Positions 25,497 to 38,332 of a stretch of DNA of 64,000 bases are shown piece by piece. Source of the stretch: Podospora anserina (Eukaryota). The first letter of the stretch is position 1. Every line of letters begins with the position of its first letter. The stretch lies in NCBI GenBank assembly GCA_017654855.1, contig CM030338.1:1364001-1428000 (forward strand), read 5' to 3'. Made by a program: the position numbers and the translations under genes. The notes under the pieces are model-generated. The model saw nothing but the letters and a program-made list of their open reading frames with translations, did not search any database and had not been told where the DNA came from.

Positions 25497-26862
25497 CTCG
25501 AGATGGTATGTACAACGGGGAGGGACTGGTGGCAGGTGGTGACATCCATCAGTCGCATACAGTTTCGTGGTATCTTGGGACGTGTAAGTTTCCAAATCCA
25601 CGGGATCCCCGTCACAGGTTTGAGGGGACAGCCTATCTACATTCACTCGCGCGACATGGGGAGCAGTGCCATGGTGTGTGGGATCGTTTCTCGTTTCGTC
25701 GAGGTAGGTAAGGTCGGGGATCGGAGGACAGCTTTGCAGCAGTTGAGGTGCAGTGCCTGGCAGATAGCGGGACGGGAGGTTTCTTGTCAAGAGGTACACG
25801 GGATACTACCGATGCTACGCCGTGTGGTTAGGTACTTCTCATCATGGATGTTGGGTTCAGACTATTTACCAACGCAGTGGCGCAATTAAGGGCGCGGCAG
25901 GTAGAAAGTAGTTAAAAAAAAAAAAAAGACAACTAGCACTGGTATCAAAAGTAACAAAAAAGAAGTGCTCCGTGTGGAAAAAAGGGAGGGAAATTGATAA
26001 AGAGTCGAGGTCCCAATTCCATTCCCCAAATTCCACAGGCTCCAGAAGTGGGATGGAGTCGCTGGCCTGGGGCGAAATGAATGATCGCTTTGATAACCAA
26101 TGCCACCCTGGTCACTTCCCCTGGCCAGGTCACAACCCGCCAAAATCCAGCCTTGGCAGGGAGCTTCTGGATGCTTTTCTGCCGGCCACCACCGCCCATG
26201 TCCACTGCCAGTCGAGCCAGTCTCCCACAAGATCTCCAGGCCAAGCTCATTTAGCGCAAGGATCAAGGTGTGAGTGAGTGAGTGAGTGAGAGAAAACGCG
26301 GGGTGATGAATTGAATCTTTTTTGTTGAAGCTCTTGTCGAGGAAGCTTTGTGTGCTGCTGAGGAACCAATTGCAATCTAGACATTCCATGAGCTGCGATA
26401 GGGTCCCTGCAGCTTCGAGAAACCTTTACAACCGTTTCTGCCGTGAAGCAAACCATTTGCGGCTGCAGATGGTGGCCCGTTCATTTGATAGGTGAAGCTG
26501 CAACAAACGGTGCTTCAAACAAATCAGACAACTGAGTCGTGAGGTTACAGTTGGCCGTCTTTATCCGAACACAGAGTAGTCTCGCTGCCATCTGATAATC
26601 TGATTGTAGCTGGCAAAATATATAGATATTATATACACGTATTTACATCTCGTTCACCGCCGCACGGCTCTCCTCTCCAGCCAGTCTGTGACGCACAGGT
26701 TCAACCCATCCAAGATCCAAGCGCCAGTCGTTCAATTGCTTGGATAGGTGTCATCATGAGCTTTCCATACGATCCGGGCTTTCGTTGCCTCGGAGGTTTC
26801 GCGCTCTCGGCCAGCTTTTGCACCAGAAGAAACGGGGATGGGGTTCTATCGATCGCTTAAGA

Positions 26863-27786
26863 TTACCATCTCCACCAAGACTGACTCTGACCCTTTTTGT
26901 CCGCCTGAATCGGTGTATTATCCGTAGCCTCCTTGACTTCCTTTACCAAAGGAACCTGTTCAGTTGGCGGTGGTGTATTCCCCATCTTCTTGCTGTCGGC
27001 TTCCCGAAGCTCTCTGATGCGGTCGTCGATGAGGGCAATGTCAGCCTCTACTCGGAGCAGTTTCTCCTCCAACAGATTCACATAATCTTGATCTGAAAGT
27101 GCTGTAATGGGACTCCAACTCGAGTGCCAGAACCGCTTGTTCTTTGAAGGATCCTTTTCCGCTTCTTTTTGCTTGGCCTCCCTTCTATTGGCAAAGGCTT
27201 GCCCTCCAGCTCCCAGCAGGGAACATACGATGGCTCCAGGAATAATATTTCGCGGCCCTCCTGTTGGAATGGTCAAAATAGAGTTTGTTGTTGAGACCGC
27301 TTGGACTTGGACTTACGAATAGATCCTCCGACAACACCAGAGACTGCACCGGCAAAAGTACTTCCTTTGAGCTTGTCTCCGGGAGTAATCTTGTCCTCTC
27401 CTCCCAGAGCGTTAAAGGCCACCAACCGAGCAGCCCAGTAGCTTGAACCTAGGGCGAACCATTGACCACCAGCAATCAACGAGAAAAATACCGGTGGTGC
27501 ACCACGAAGGATACCAGCTGCTCCTCCCATAAACAAGCCACAGGCACCTGATTACAACATCAGCAATTGTTCTGCTAGTTGCACTAAAAGGGGCTCAACG
27601 AGAAAGGCTCATACCAGCCGAGCCGCCCACTTTGAGGGAGGGGACTACAATATCCATCACCTCTTGCGGGAGGAGTTGTCTTTGCTCTTTTGACGGCATC
27701 TGGTCCCTCGGTGGCCTTTGTTCTGGTGAGGATGAACTGGGGTTTGTTTTCGATTCGTCGACCTCTGAAAGAGCGATGCGCTTCAT
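26863..27786 (-). CDS. Tim17/Tim22-like membrane protein of unknown function, 3 exons
   Basis: Exons 27786-27615, 27547-27317 and 27260-26863 join in frame. Four Gly/Ala-rich hydrophobic helices, then WSPI..LSDQDY..LLEEKLL coiled coil. Confidence 0.75.
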
Positions 27787-28353
27787 TTTTGACTCTCGGG
27801 GTCTGCGCTCAGACGGCTAACCAAATAAACTTTTCTTCAGTGGGTTGGTATTCACTTGTGTGGTGTACTCAAACCACAGTGTGCAGTAGTTCAAGTCGAT
27901 CATTCAGCACAAGTTTATGTAAAGTATGGATAGATACTAGCTATCTAATAGCTGTGAAAGCTTCCCCACTGCAGATGTGCCAAAGCTTCCCCTGGGTGTG
28001 GGTCTAACCTTATGTGGTCTAGCCTATAATAGAAGCGGCCGATTCACTTGGCCTCTCAGCGGTTCTCAGCTGGTGGTGGGAGAAAAAAAAAAAAGAAGGC
28101 CCACCAACCCTGTCGCTGCAATTTTTCGCTTCCCGCCGCCCGCAACAACCACGCACCGAGTTGACCCAAGGTTGCGAAACTTCCACTCCGCCTCCCACCA
28201 ACCCGCCTGCTTCAGCTTTCGGGTCCGGACTCATCCATCACTCGACCCTTTTCGATACCTACCTACTTCTTGACGGATCCCCTCACGGTTCCCGTCATCA
28301 ACTCCATCCTACGCGCTTCGTCTCGCAAGCGCGTGGCCAACTAAACCGCAATC

Positions 28354-30502
28354 ATGGGTAAGCAACCATCTACCGCCTCCATTTCGCTACCTACCTCGAC
28401 TGCCCCGCCCTCTGATTTATACCCCTCGCGACAAACACACGTTGCTACTCATGACCTCACTTGCTAACATGTCCTCTCCTCTCCAGCTCCCAAGAAAGAG
28501 AAAGCCCAGAAGCTGTCTCTGGGTGAATTCCTCGGCGAGAGTACGACCTCCCCTCCCCCTCTATGCCAAGACCCCACCGCCATTAAATTATCTTTAGGAT
28601 GATGTTAGTGGTGGTGGTGGTGGTGATGGTGGTGGCAGCCTTGCTTCGCCCGACTGCATACTGACTGAGCAACACAGCTGGTGGTGTTTCCTCGTGGGCT
28701 GATGAAGTCGAGGACACATATGGTAAGTCGTCCTGAACTGATTGAAATTTCTTTTGCGCATTTGACTGACCGTCTGTAGGTTCCGGTATGCACCTCACCG
28801 TCACCATCCGAATCACCTCTGGAAAAGAAAATACTGACCAAACCTAGGCACCCAGTCCTTCCCCTCGACCGACCGTCGCACTGGCCCCAGCTCGTATGGC
28901 AATAACACTAGCTACGGCAATGACCGGGGTATGTTGCACTGCTGCGGTGTTGACGTTCACAAAGAAGAATCCTAATATTGTGTATCATAAAGGTTACCAC
29001 TCGCTCCGCGACAACCTCCCCCAGGAGCTCCCCACCAAGCCTCCTTATACCGCTCATCTCGGCAACTTGTCGTATGATGCCACTGTCGAGAGTGTGACCG
29101 ACTTCTTCCACGACTGCAACTGCGTCAACGTCCGCATTATCGAGGACCGCGAGCAGAACCGTCCCAAGGGCTTCGCCTATGCCGAGTTTGCTGATCTTGA
29201 GGGTCTCAAGACTGCTTTGACCCGCGACGGCCAGTCCTTCGAGGGTCGTAATATTCGTATCAAGGTTGCTGATCCTCGTAAGTTTATATCACATATACAT
29301 GCCAAGTACCAACCAGCAAAGCTAACAGTCCTGTAGCCCGTGGTGGATTCGGCGACCGCACCGAGAGCTTCCGCGAGCTTGACTGGGGTGCCAAGAGAGG
29401 TCCCCTCGCTGACACTGGCGGCCGTAGCAACCGCGATTTCGGCGACCGTAGACCTCCCCGTGAGTTCAACGACGAGAGGCCGGTTAGAGAGGCCAGAGAG
29501 ATCAACTGGGAGAGACGGGGCCCTCTTCCCCCTGCTGAGCGCCCAGAGTCTCGCGAGGGTGCTCGTGCCCGCAACACCACCGACTTCAGCGCCGCTAGAA
29601 GGGCTTCCCCCGCCGCTTGGGGTCCCGGAGAAGGACGCCAAGGTGGAGATGGCTCTCGCCCTCCTCGCCGCGAGTTTGCCGAGCGCCCTGAGCGTCCCGA
29701 GCGTGTTCCTACCGCCGCTGAGAAAGAGATCAACTGGCGCAACAACATGCGTCCCGTCGAGCCAAAGTCTCGTGAGGGTAGCGAGGCTCCTGGTTCTCCC
29801 GCTGCCGCCCCCGCTGCGCAGCCAGCTGGTAGACCCAGACTGAACCTCACCAAGCGCACCGTTTCCGAGGCCCCCGATGTGATCTCGCCTGCCCCTACTT
29901 CCAAGTCGAACCCATTCGGTGCGGCCCGCCCCATCGACACTGCTGCCCGCGAGCGTGAGGTCGAGGAGAAGCGCATCCGGGACAAGCAGGAGGCTGAGGA
30001 GAGGGCCAAGGCTGAGAAGGAGGCCAAGGAGGCCGCTGCCGCCGAGGCTGCTGAGAAGGCCAAGGCCGAAGAGGCTGCTGCTGCGGAAGCTGCTGCGGAA
30101 GCTGCTGAGAAGGCCAAGGCTGATGCCGAGGCCGCCGCTGCTGCTGGTACCAAGCCAGAAGTCCAGGAGGGTGAGGGTGAGCAGAAGCTTCCCGTCAGAA
30201 CTCGCGAGCCTCGTGAGCCTGCTCCCAAGTCCCGCGCCGCCGAGAGTGGCAGCTGGAGAAGAGCCGGTGATGCCCCAGCCCGTGGCCCCCCCAGCGGTCC
30301 CCGTCGCAGTGGCGGTGCCCCCCGCGCACCCCGCCAGGATGGTGGACGCCCTCCTCGGTCCAACGGAACCACCGATGCTCGCGGCCCATTGTCTCCCACC
30401 ACCGAGAAGGCTCCCGCCAGCCCTGCTGTCGATGATGACGGCTGGACCACTGTTACCCAGCCGGTTAAGGGTCGCCGCGGCGGCAACCGGCCCCTTGCTT
30501 GA
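28354..30502 (+). CDS. TIF3: Translation initiation factor eIF4B, 7 exons
   Basis: MAPKKEKAQKLSLGEFL, SWADE, RRM (PPYTAHLGNLSY, RPKGFAYAEF), DW/NW-R repeats, RPRLNLTKR, KSNPFGAARPIDT. Exons 28354-28357, 28487-28540, 28678-28722, 28780-28785, 28848-28928, 28993-29277, 29337-30502. Confidence 0.93.
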
Positions 30503-31585
30503 TTGTATTATACCACACCACGACGCCCCCTCGCTTCTTTTCGATTCCCAGCACTGGCGCTTGCCCGTTTCCAACTGCATGTTTCGTCATTGCTTTGGAT
30601 AGACGGGTATGGCGCTGACATCCGACCTCGTTCTCTCTTCCAGATGAGTGTCAGCCGCTGAAAGCTCTTTCCATCGATCACCATGCCGCTTTCTTCTTGG
30701 GGATGACGGATAAACCGCTTTTTCCCTGTCTGCCCTTCCTGGATGGACCGGCGCATTTGGGCGATCCCGACCGCGTTATGCCAAAAAAAGTAATGGGTTG
30801 TTCCTGCGTTTTTATTTCGATTTTTAGCCACGACGTTTTATGCACGGGAATGACACGCAACTTCTCGATTCTAGATTCGGGGCCCTCGCCTACTCGGGTG
30901 ATGGGCTTTCAATGAAGGGTGTGTGGGGTTTCTGCTCGGTCGTCAGAGCAGATTGTTTTTATTCTGCTTTTCCAATCGAGGAGCACAAAATGGCGTCTTG
31001 GCTTTTTGGGAAGGAAACGGGATCCTTTTCTACTAGATATGGGTGGGAGGGAACCACGCAAGGGAAGGGGTCTACCGGATTTTTCTACCTGTTATTTATG
31101 AAGAGAGCTTTCCGTTGGTCATCTCTTTGTTGTTGTTTTGGTCTTTTGGGGAAATAACACACATTTCCTTGTTTCATGTCATGTCTGCCTGCATTTGACC
31201 CGAAGCTGTTGTGTTGTCTTGTTCGTCAGGTTTTACTGTTTTCCATGTCCGAGGTGCTTGTGGGTGTCTGTTATGTTTTCTAACGTGACGGGTCTAGAGA
31301 TGGGATGGGGTATAATCTGTGAGGATGATGTTGAGTGGATGGGTTTCATGGCGGATGGTGGAGGTGGGAGGATGTGTTTTCCCCAAATGTTGTTCTCCCG
31401 TCTAGACCCGAGGGAGAGAAAGAGAAAAGTGTGGAGATGGTGAAGATGAAAATTCTCAATGGGACTGATGTTTCGATTACATGGCGTAATGATTGTGTTG
31501 CTAATTGACCCCTATTCCTCCAGTGATTACTCACTAGCCATCGTCCAGATTGGTACCAAATTATTTAGCTCAAACAGACAAATAA

Positions 31586-31698
31586 CCCAGCCCAAAGCTT
31601 TCCCCAACCCAAATCGAAAAGCCTTTCCCAACTCGAACAGAATTCTTTCCCAACCAAACAGAAACCTTTTCCCAACCCAACCGAGACCTTTCCCTTCG
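31586..31698. repeat. Degenerate ~22-bp minisatellite (about 5 units, core CTTTCCCAAC)
   Basis: Visible repeated units such as AAAGCCTTTCCCAACTCGAACAG and AATTCTTTCCCAACCAAACAG, immediately downstream of the aminotransferase stop. Confidence 0.75.
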
Positions 31699-31710
31699 AC
31701 TTGACCACCC

Positions 31711-33291
31711 TTATGCAACCCATAAACTATCAAAAACCTCGCGCACCGCCCCCACGATCCTCCTCACCATCTCTCTTATTTCTTTGGCAGTGACATCATA
31801 CGCCGGCATGACCATGATGACGTCCCCCCTCCCTTGATCATCGGCGCAGCCCTGGGAGGCATAAACCAGGACCTGCCAGTTCTTTAGTGCGGTTTTGTGC
31901 ACCCTGCCCGCAATATCGAGTTCTCGCTCAAACGGCTGTTTTGTTGTCTTGTCGGCTATGAACTCTATCCCTACGAACAGCCCCCTGCCCCTTATATCCC
32001 CCACGTTTGGGTGCTGACTTAGCTGTTTCTGCAGTAGGTGGAGGAGCAACCCCCCCTGGGCGGCGACGTTGGAGAGGAGGTTGCGGGATTGGATTGTGCC
32101 TTGGACGGCGAGGCAGGCGGAGGCGACGACGGGGTGGGATTGGTTTGTGTGCCCGTGAGTGAAAACTTTATTGTGGGAGGTCAGGAAGTTGGACAGGGGG
32201 GTGGAGATCAAAAGCGCCGAGGCGGGCAGGTAAGAGGCGGAGAAGGATTTTGCTATTGTCATCATGTCGGGGGAGATGTCGGGTTCAGGGAAGGATTGAT
32301 ACGCGTGGAGATGGTGGGAAGGGGAGGTGGCTGTCCGGCCCATTCCGCACATCACCTCGTCGTAGATCAGGAGGATGCCGTGGGTGTGGCAGAAAGATTT
32401 TATACCGGAGAGGTAACCAGGTAAAGGGGGGACACAGCCGAGGGCAGCGCCGACGATGGGTTCGAGGATTAGGGCTGCGATTGTCGAGGGGGAGATGGTG
32501 GTGATTAGGGACTCAAGGGAGGTGAGGAGGGAGGAGAGGTATTCTTCCCGGGGGAGGGGGCTGCGGTAGGGGTTGCAGGGGGGGAGGTGGTGGAAGTTTG
32601 TCCGGTTGAGGACTGAGGTGAAGGGTTGTCGCCGGGTGGTGTGTCCTGAGGCGGATAACGACCCTATTGTCGTTCCGTGGTAGGAGTGAGAGCGGGAGAT
32701 GATGTTTACCCTCTCCGGCTGACCGTTCCAGGCGTGGTATTCGAGGGCAAATTTTAAGGCGGCCTCGACTGCTTCTGAGCCTGTGTTTTACACAATTAGT
32801 ATGGGTGGGAAAAGACAAAAAAGAGGGGGAAACTGACCAGAGGACATGAGATACATCTTTCCCATTTTACCGTCGGTGCTTTCACAGAGGAACTTTTCGA
32901 GTTGGAGCACGGGGTCGACGCGGAAGTGGGCGTAGGAGGCGTATTGGACCGTGCTGAGCTGGGTGGTGATGGCTTTGATGACGGATTTGTTGGATTTGCC
33001 GTGGCCGAGGCAGGCCACGCCGGCGCCGCCGCAGGCGTCGAGAATCTTGGGGCCAGAGACGGGGTAGTAGTAGTGGCCTTTGGCTTTTTTGAGGAGGGGG
33101 AGGAGAGGGGGAGTTTGGGTATTGGTGGAATTGTCGTTGTTCGTTTCGGTGGGAAAGGGGTGTGAGAGTTCGGAGGATGAGTCTGACAGGAGAATGTCGG
33201 CTTCAGTTTTACCAAGGGGAGCCTTGGAAGCTGAAGATGGGAGAAGGTGGGAGCGTCTCGAAGAAGACGAAGTGGAGAGTAGTTGACCCAT
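31711..33291 (-). CDS. Class III PLP-dependent aminotransferase, 2 exons
   Basis: ILDACGGAGVACLGHG, SSGSEAVEAALK, SYHGTT, LEPIVG, LIYDEVMCGMGR, PDMMTIAK (PLP Lys), HGHT, GDIRGRGLFVGIEF. Intron 32837-32781. Confidence 0.93.
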
Positions 33292-35652
33292 TTTTTTTGT
33301 TTTATTTCAGTAGATGTGTATGTTTCGAAGTGATGCGGTCTAACTTGAGAGATCTCTCGGTGGTTCAAGCCGGCAGTCTTATATGTTGATATCTTTCCTG
33401 TCTCTATGTCATGCCACTAGCATCTCCAACTCCCCTAACTAATCTCCCGTCACAGCTCACAATATCATCAAGTCCGCTTCCGACAAACGAACCTCCATGA
33501 CGGGTATCACCCACCACTATTCCCCTCGAGTCCGATCCTGTATCCATATCCACCCGAGCTCCCTTCCCGCAACCTCTGCAGCCCGCCTTCTCCTGGTTTT
33601 CTCTCACCCAAAAGCCATAACAGGACCTGGCCTCCCGTCCGCCAATAATTTTCCACTTCATGACAGCACCCGTCACGAGTTCCCTGCATATGTCACTCCC
33701 CTCCTACGGTTTACCCCGGGACAGGAGGAGACAGGCGGGAAACCCCTCCGATGCAGGTCGCATATGTCAATGTCATGCCTTCTCTGGCTGCCAACACAAC
33801 CCAGTCTCTGCATGTGTAACAAGTTCCCGGTCATGCCACGGCTCTCGCTGCCCAACATCGTCTTGTCAGCGCCGTAGCACCTCAAAAACACGAGTCGGGC
33901 TAGGTATGTAAGGGTGGCAATGATGCGAGCCTACATGCAGCCGGTGAAGGTGGTACAGCTAGGACCGGCGCAATCTCAGTTCCTGCCAGCCAAGGAGAGT
34001 CCTGCCGTTGTTGGCACGACATATCGGCAGATTTTCATAGACCAGGGACGCTCCATGCCGAATGCCGGGGTCTAATCCCTCTTGGTTTACCGAAGCACCA
34101 AACATCCCGACTTTGTGGCTGCCCTCCCCGAACATCGCTTCTTTGACAGAAAACATGAACAAGACACCCGGGCGGGTAGTCACATACCCGGTCTCTTATT
34201 TTGCTCAGCAGTTGGCCATGTGGCCAGCTATGATATGGTCCCGAACAACTAAACGGCAAAGGGGTTGGTCGGGAAGCAACCCGGCAGCATGCGTCATTCT
34301 TGTCGGAACGAGAGGGAGTGTGTGCTAGGGTGCCAGACTGTTGGGTCGCCTATACTTTATGCTTTCGCGTGCCGGATCGAAATGCGGAGGGGGAAATGTG
34401 AGAAGTGACGGAGGCAAGGTACAACGTCTGCCGTTTATCGGATGAGAGAATGTTGTGCATGAGAAGTGGAGGGGGCATGTGATGTTTGTTTTGGAGCATT
34501 TTAGCTTGTACTCTAGAACCTTGCTCAGTGAGAAAGAACCCAATCGGGGACGGCTGATGAGCTGATGATTGGAAGGAAGCATTGCCGGATGGAAATCGAC
34601 AGCCACTACCTTGACCGAGGGAGCAACGTCGGCTTTGTGCCTGCCTGCCTGCCTGACGGCTTGAGACGGAACTAACCGAAAGGCATGTAGCCGGCCCTCA
34701 AGCTTTCCTCCAGGGCTCGACTTAGGGATCATGAATTTTCTCCATCATCGAGGGCTCACAGTTCAAATTCGGTTTGGAACAACATCAACTACATCCCCTA
34801 TCCGAATGACATCAACCAGCCTCTTTGTATTCAACACAACGCAACCACTCATCACCCGTACCCGACACAAGTCAAGGTCATGTCATGCCATATTCTGCCT
34901 CTGCCCGGCCCGTCTTTACACACTCACGCTCTGGACTGACTTTGAACCCTCCCATCGTAACTGGAGTCGTACATACCTTAGCTCTCCATTAGCCCCTCCC
35001 CCGGGCCGCATACTCCAACCCAATATCCCGGCCCGAGCACCCTCACCGGGAAAGCAGGTTACCACTCAACCAGGACAAACAACATCTGTTTAACAGCCTG
35101 ACCATGACGGCCGCACCAGAGATCTACCACCCCACCAACCAGCATGGCAAACCCTCCGAAATGTACATAATCACTTGCAACCGTATCCGTCTCATTCCGT
35201 TGGCCAGTTCTCTCCGAAAGGGTAGTTGCCCGCCCCAGCTGGACAGGGTTCGGAGAGTCTCGAGCTTGCTATGAATCTCACCTCCCAAGATCTGACTAAG
35301 GCAGGCAGGCAACAACACTCGTGCTGACAGAGGTTGCCATTTTTGGGTTGCCTCATGACGCGGTAAAGGAGTCAAATACATATACATAGTCTTGTCCGTC
35401 TTGTCACACTCTCCTTCCGTCACTTCATTCTTCCCGACATCACTCCGGCAATTGTTTTTGAAGAAAAAACAGGTCAAGATAAATTCTCCATACAAAAAAT
35501 ATATATACGTTTCCTTCCAAAGATCGAAAGTTAATTGAAAGGGAAAAAAAAAAAAAAGAAAAGCGGGTATCTATCTTTATTTCTTTCCTCCCAAAATCCC
35601 ATATGCCTAAATACCACTTTATATACCTTTCACTCCCACCAAATATGTTCAC

Positions 35653-38332
35653 TCAACAAACCACACTCTCAGTCAAAACATCCCACTCCCCATCCAACCC
35701 CCCCAACTTCCTAAACATCATCACCCAACTGCTCCCATCCTCCTTCTCCGGCCCGAGTATGCTCTCCCTAACCCTATACCTCTCAGGCACATCATACGGC
35801 GCATCCCCGCTCCTCCAAAACTGCATCCCCCCATTGTTATTATTACCCTCTCCCATACCCCCCATCCCACCACCACCACCCATATTCCCCATACCCCCCA
35901 TCCCCCCATATCCTCCTCCTCCTCCCCCACCACCACCCAAAACAAAGTCCATCCCATACCCATTATTCTGATACGGCAGTTGATAGCCCCCAAAAGAATC
36001 AATAGCACTCAGCTCCGGCGACCCCTCACTCCCCACACTCGGACTCCCCACGCTCTGGCTCTGCCGCGAAAGGATATGCCCAAAAGGGGAATCATCCCTC
36101 GGAGTAGGCGGCTCAAGTGCAATCCCGGGAGCAACATTAGCACCAGTCGAACCCCCCCAGTTCGAAACCTGAGAATGCGTCGGCTGTGACCCCCCAGGAG
36201 CAGGGTTAGTGCTCCCTTTCCCAGCACCCCCAACAAATATCGTCTGCGAAGACCCCAAATCGTCAAGCGACGAAGCAATCGACGGCGCCACACTAAACGA
36301 GTGCGCAGACGACACCTCCGCCGCCGTGCTCGCATCAAACAGAAGCGATGGATCAATAGGCATATGATGCTGCTGCTGCTGCCCGGTGGCCATCCCGCCA
36401 TACTCGACCGAAACAGCAGTCGCACTGCTCGACACCGGCCTGTTATTACCGACAGGAATCGAATCAAACAACCCAAACCCCTGCTGCTGCTGCTGCTGCT
36501 GTTGTTGCTGTTGTTGCCCTGGATGATGATGTCCCCCAACAAGAAACCCATCCGGAAAAGGCACCCCCTCCAACCCCCCACCACCCCAGGCATCTCCCGG
36601 ACCAAACTGATATGGAAAATGCTGCTGCATACTCCCACCCCCGACCGCCCCCGGCGGCGAAACCGACCTCTCCCCCCTGCTCCTCAAATGCTTCTCCTCC
36701 AATTTCATGGTGTGCTCCGCAATAGTAGCCATCACATTCGCCCTCCACAAGTTCTCCCTCCGTCCCGGGTTCCGCCTCAGCAACTCCAGCGCCGCCCTCC
36801 TGATCATGGGGTGTCTGCACTTGGCCGCCACAAAATACAACGGCGCAATCACATGCATCTCAAACGTAAACATGGCCGATAACCTCCTCGTATCAGGCCC
36901 ACCACTCGGCCCCTTTGGCCCCTGCCCCTGCGGCGACAGCAGCGTGTTGATAAACTCCGACGCCAGAGGAATGATGGCAGAAAAAGTATCGACATAGTCG
37001 TCAAAAACCGTCTCGTGCCGGCTGAGGGCGGTGGAAACCCATATAAACGTCGTGTGAACGTGGACTTGGATCAGGGCGATGGAGCCGGGCGGTGCTTCCT
37101 TGGCCTTTGTCGACCGGTACAGCGAAAAGGCGACGTTGAACTTGGCGAGCTTGCGGAGGAGGACGTCCTGCTCCAGCTCAAACGCCCGCATGTCCTCCTC
37201 GGGCACCTTGCTGATCTTGGCGGCGTGCGACTTTTTGGCGAACCTCAGGCACTGGTCCATAAAGTCGTACAGCGCGTACCGGACCTCGTCGATGGTCTTG
37301 AACACCATGGGGACTTCGGTCAGGGTTTTCAGCGGTTCCGGGATGGCGGTTGGCGCGCAGCCCAGCATCAACGAGGTGAGAGACATGCGTGTGTACATTG
37401 GCACGAGGTGCTGCTTGATGAGATCGATCTCGGGGCTTCTTCCTGTAACTCTCGGCCCTAGTTGTGAGAGGATCTGCCGTCCTTGCTCGAGGTGGATGAG
37501 CGACTCCTTGTCTTTGCTCTGCATGAGTTCGATACAGACAAACAGCACGCAGGTGAGTAATGGTACTAGTGGCCGGGCGTTGACCGTTCTCATTTGTTCG
37601 AGCAGGCAGGCGATGGCGCGGTTGTACTGAAACAGGGCAAACGCGCTTCGGTTCTCGCTGTCGTTGTTGTGAAGCAGTTGAGGCATCATGGCGGCCTGCA
37701 CCATCCCCTCGTGTAAACTGCTGACAGCAAGGACGGCGTGCCTCACTGCTGGTTCCGTCTGGCAGATCTGAAGAACCAGCACTCGAAAGAAGGCGCCGTC
37801 GTGGTCGGCGGCGAGACATGGCGCTGTTACGTGCTGGAAGAAGTGAAAGGCCCTCTTCTCATCCCCGGTAGCCCATTCGAAGAGCGTGGCCAACGGAGCA
37901 TGAGGCTCTCCCGCAGCATTTTGCCCCAGACCACCGGACCGGCGCCGGCGTTGTGATATAGCTTTGGCGTCGAGGTAACCGTCACATCTCCTCCCTGTTT
38001 TGGTGCACCGCATGCAGAATGGCTTTTCTTCGTCGCATTTGACCTTGCGAATTCTACCCGCAGACGGACGAGGCGAGTCCGAGGTTAGCTTGTGTTGACG
38101 GAGCGAGGAGGGCCAGGCAGGGGAAGGGTGGTTGGTGGTGGGCAAGGAAGGGCTCGCGCGGCTATGACAGCCAGTTGCGGGTGGATGCAGGACAACGTCG
38201 TCAAGAAAAAAAAACCCCTCGCACTTACTTGCATGTTATACAACCCGTCCTGACTTTCTTGGACCCTTTCCTCCCAGATCTGATCAGCTGTGACGATGAA
38301 GGCGGGGACATCGAGTCCGAGTTGTGAGCCAT
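35653..38332 (-). CDS. Zn(II)2Cys6 transcription factor with fungal TF (DUF3468-like) middle domain, 2 exons
   Basis: KVRTGCITCK/IRKVKCDEEKPFCMRCTKTGRRCDGY spans intron 38228-38054. EPAVRHAVLAVSSLHE and KCRHPMIRRAALELL follow, then poly-Q and Gly-rich tracts. Confidence 0.93.

Noticed and set aside
25497..25799. 101-aa N-terminal extension of FMP27 in the ORF track
   Set aside because: It begins at a non-ATG codon. The family N-terminal membrane anchor starts at ATG 25496.
28722..28790. Stwintron interpretation of the eIF4B double intron
   Set aside because: Removing the first intron does not recreate a split donor site. A true 6-nt exon between two standard introns is the simpler reading.
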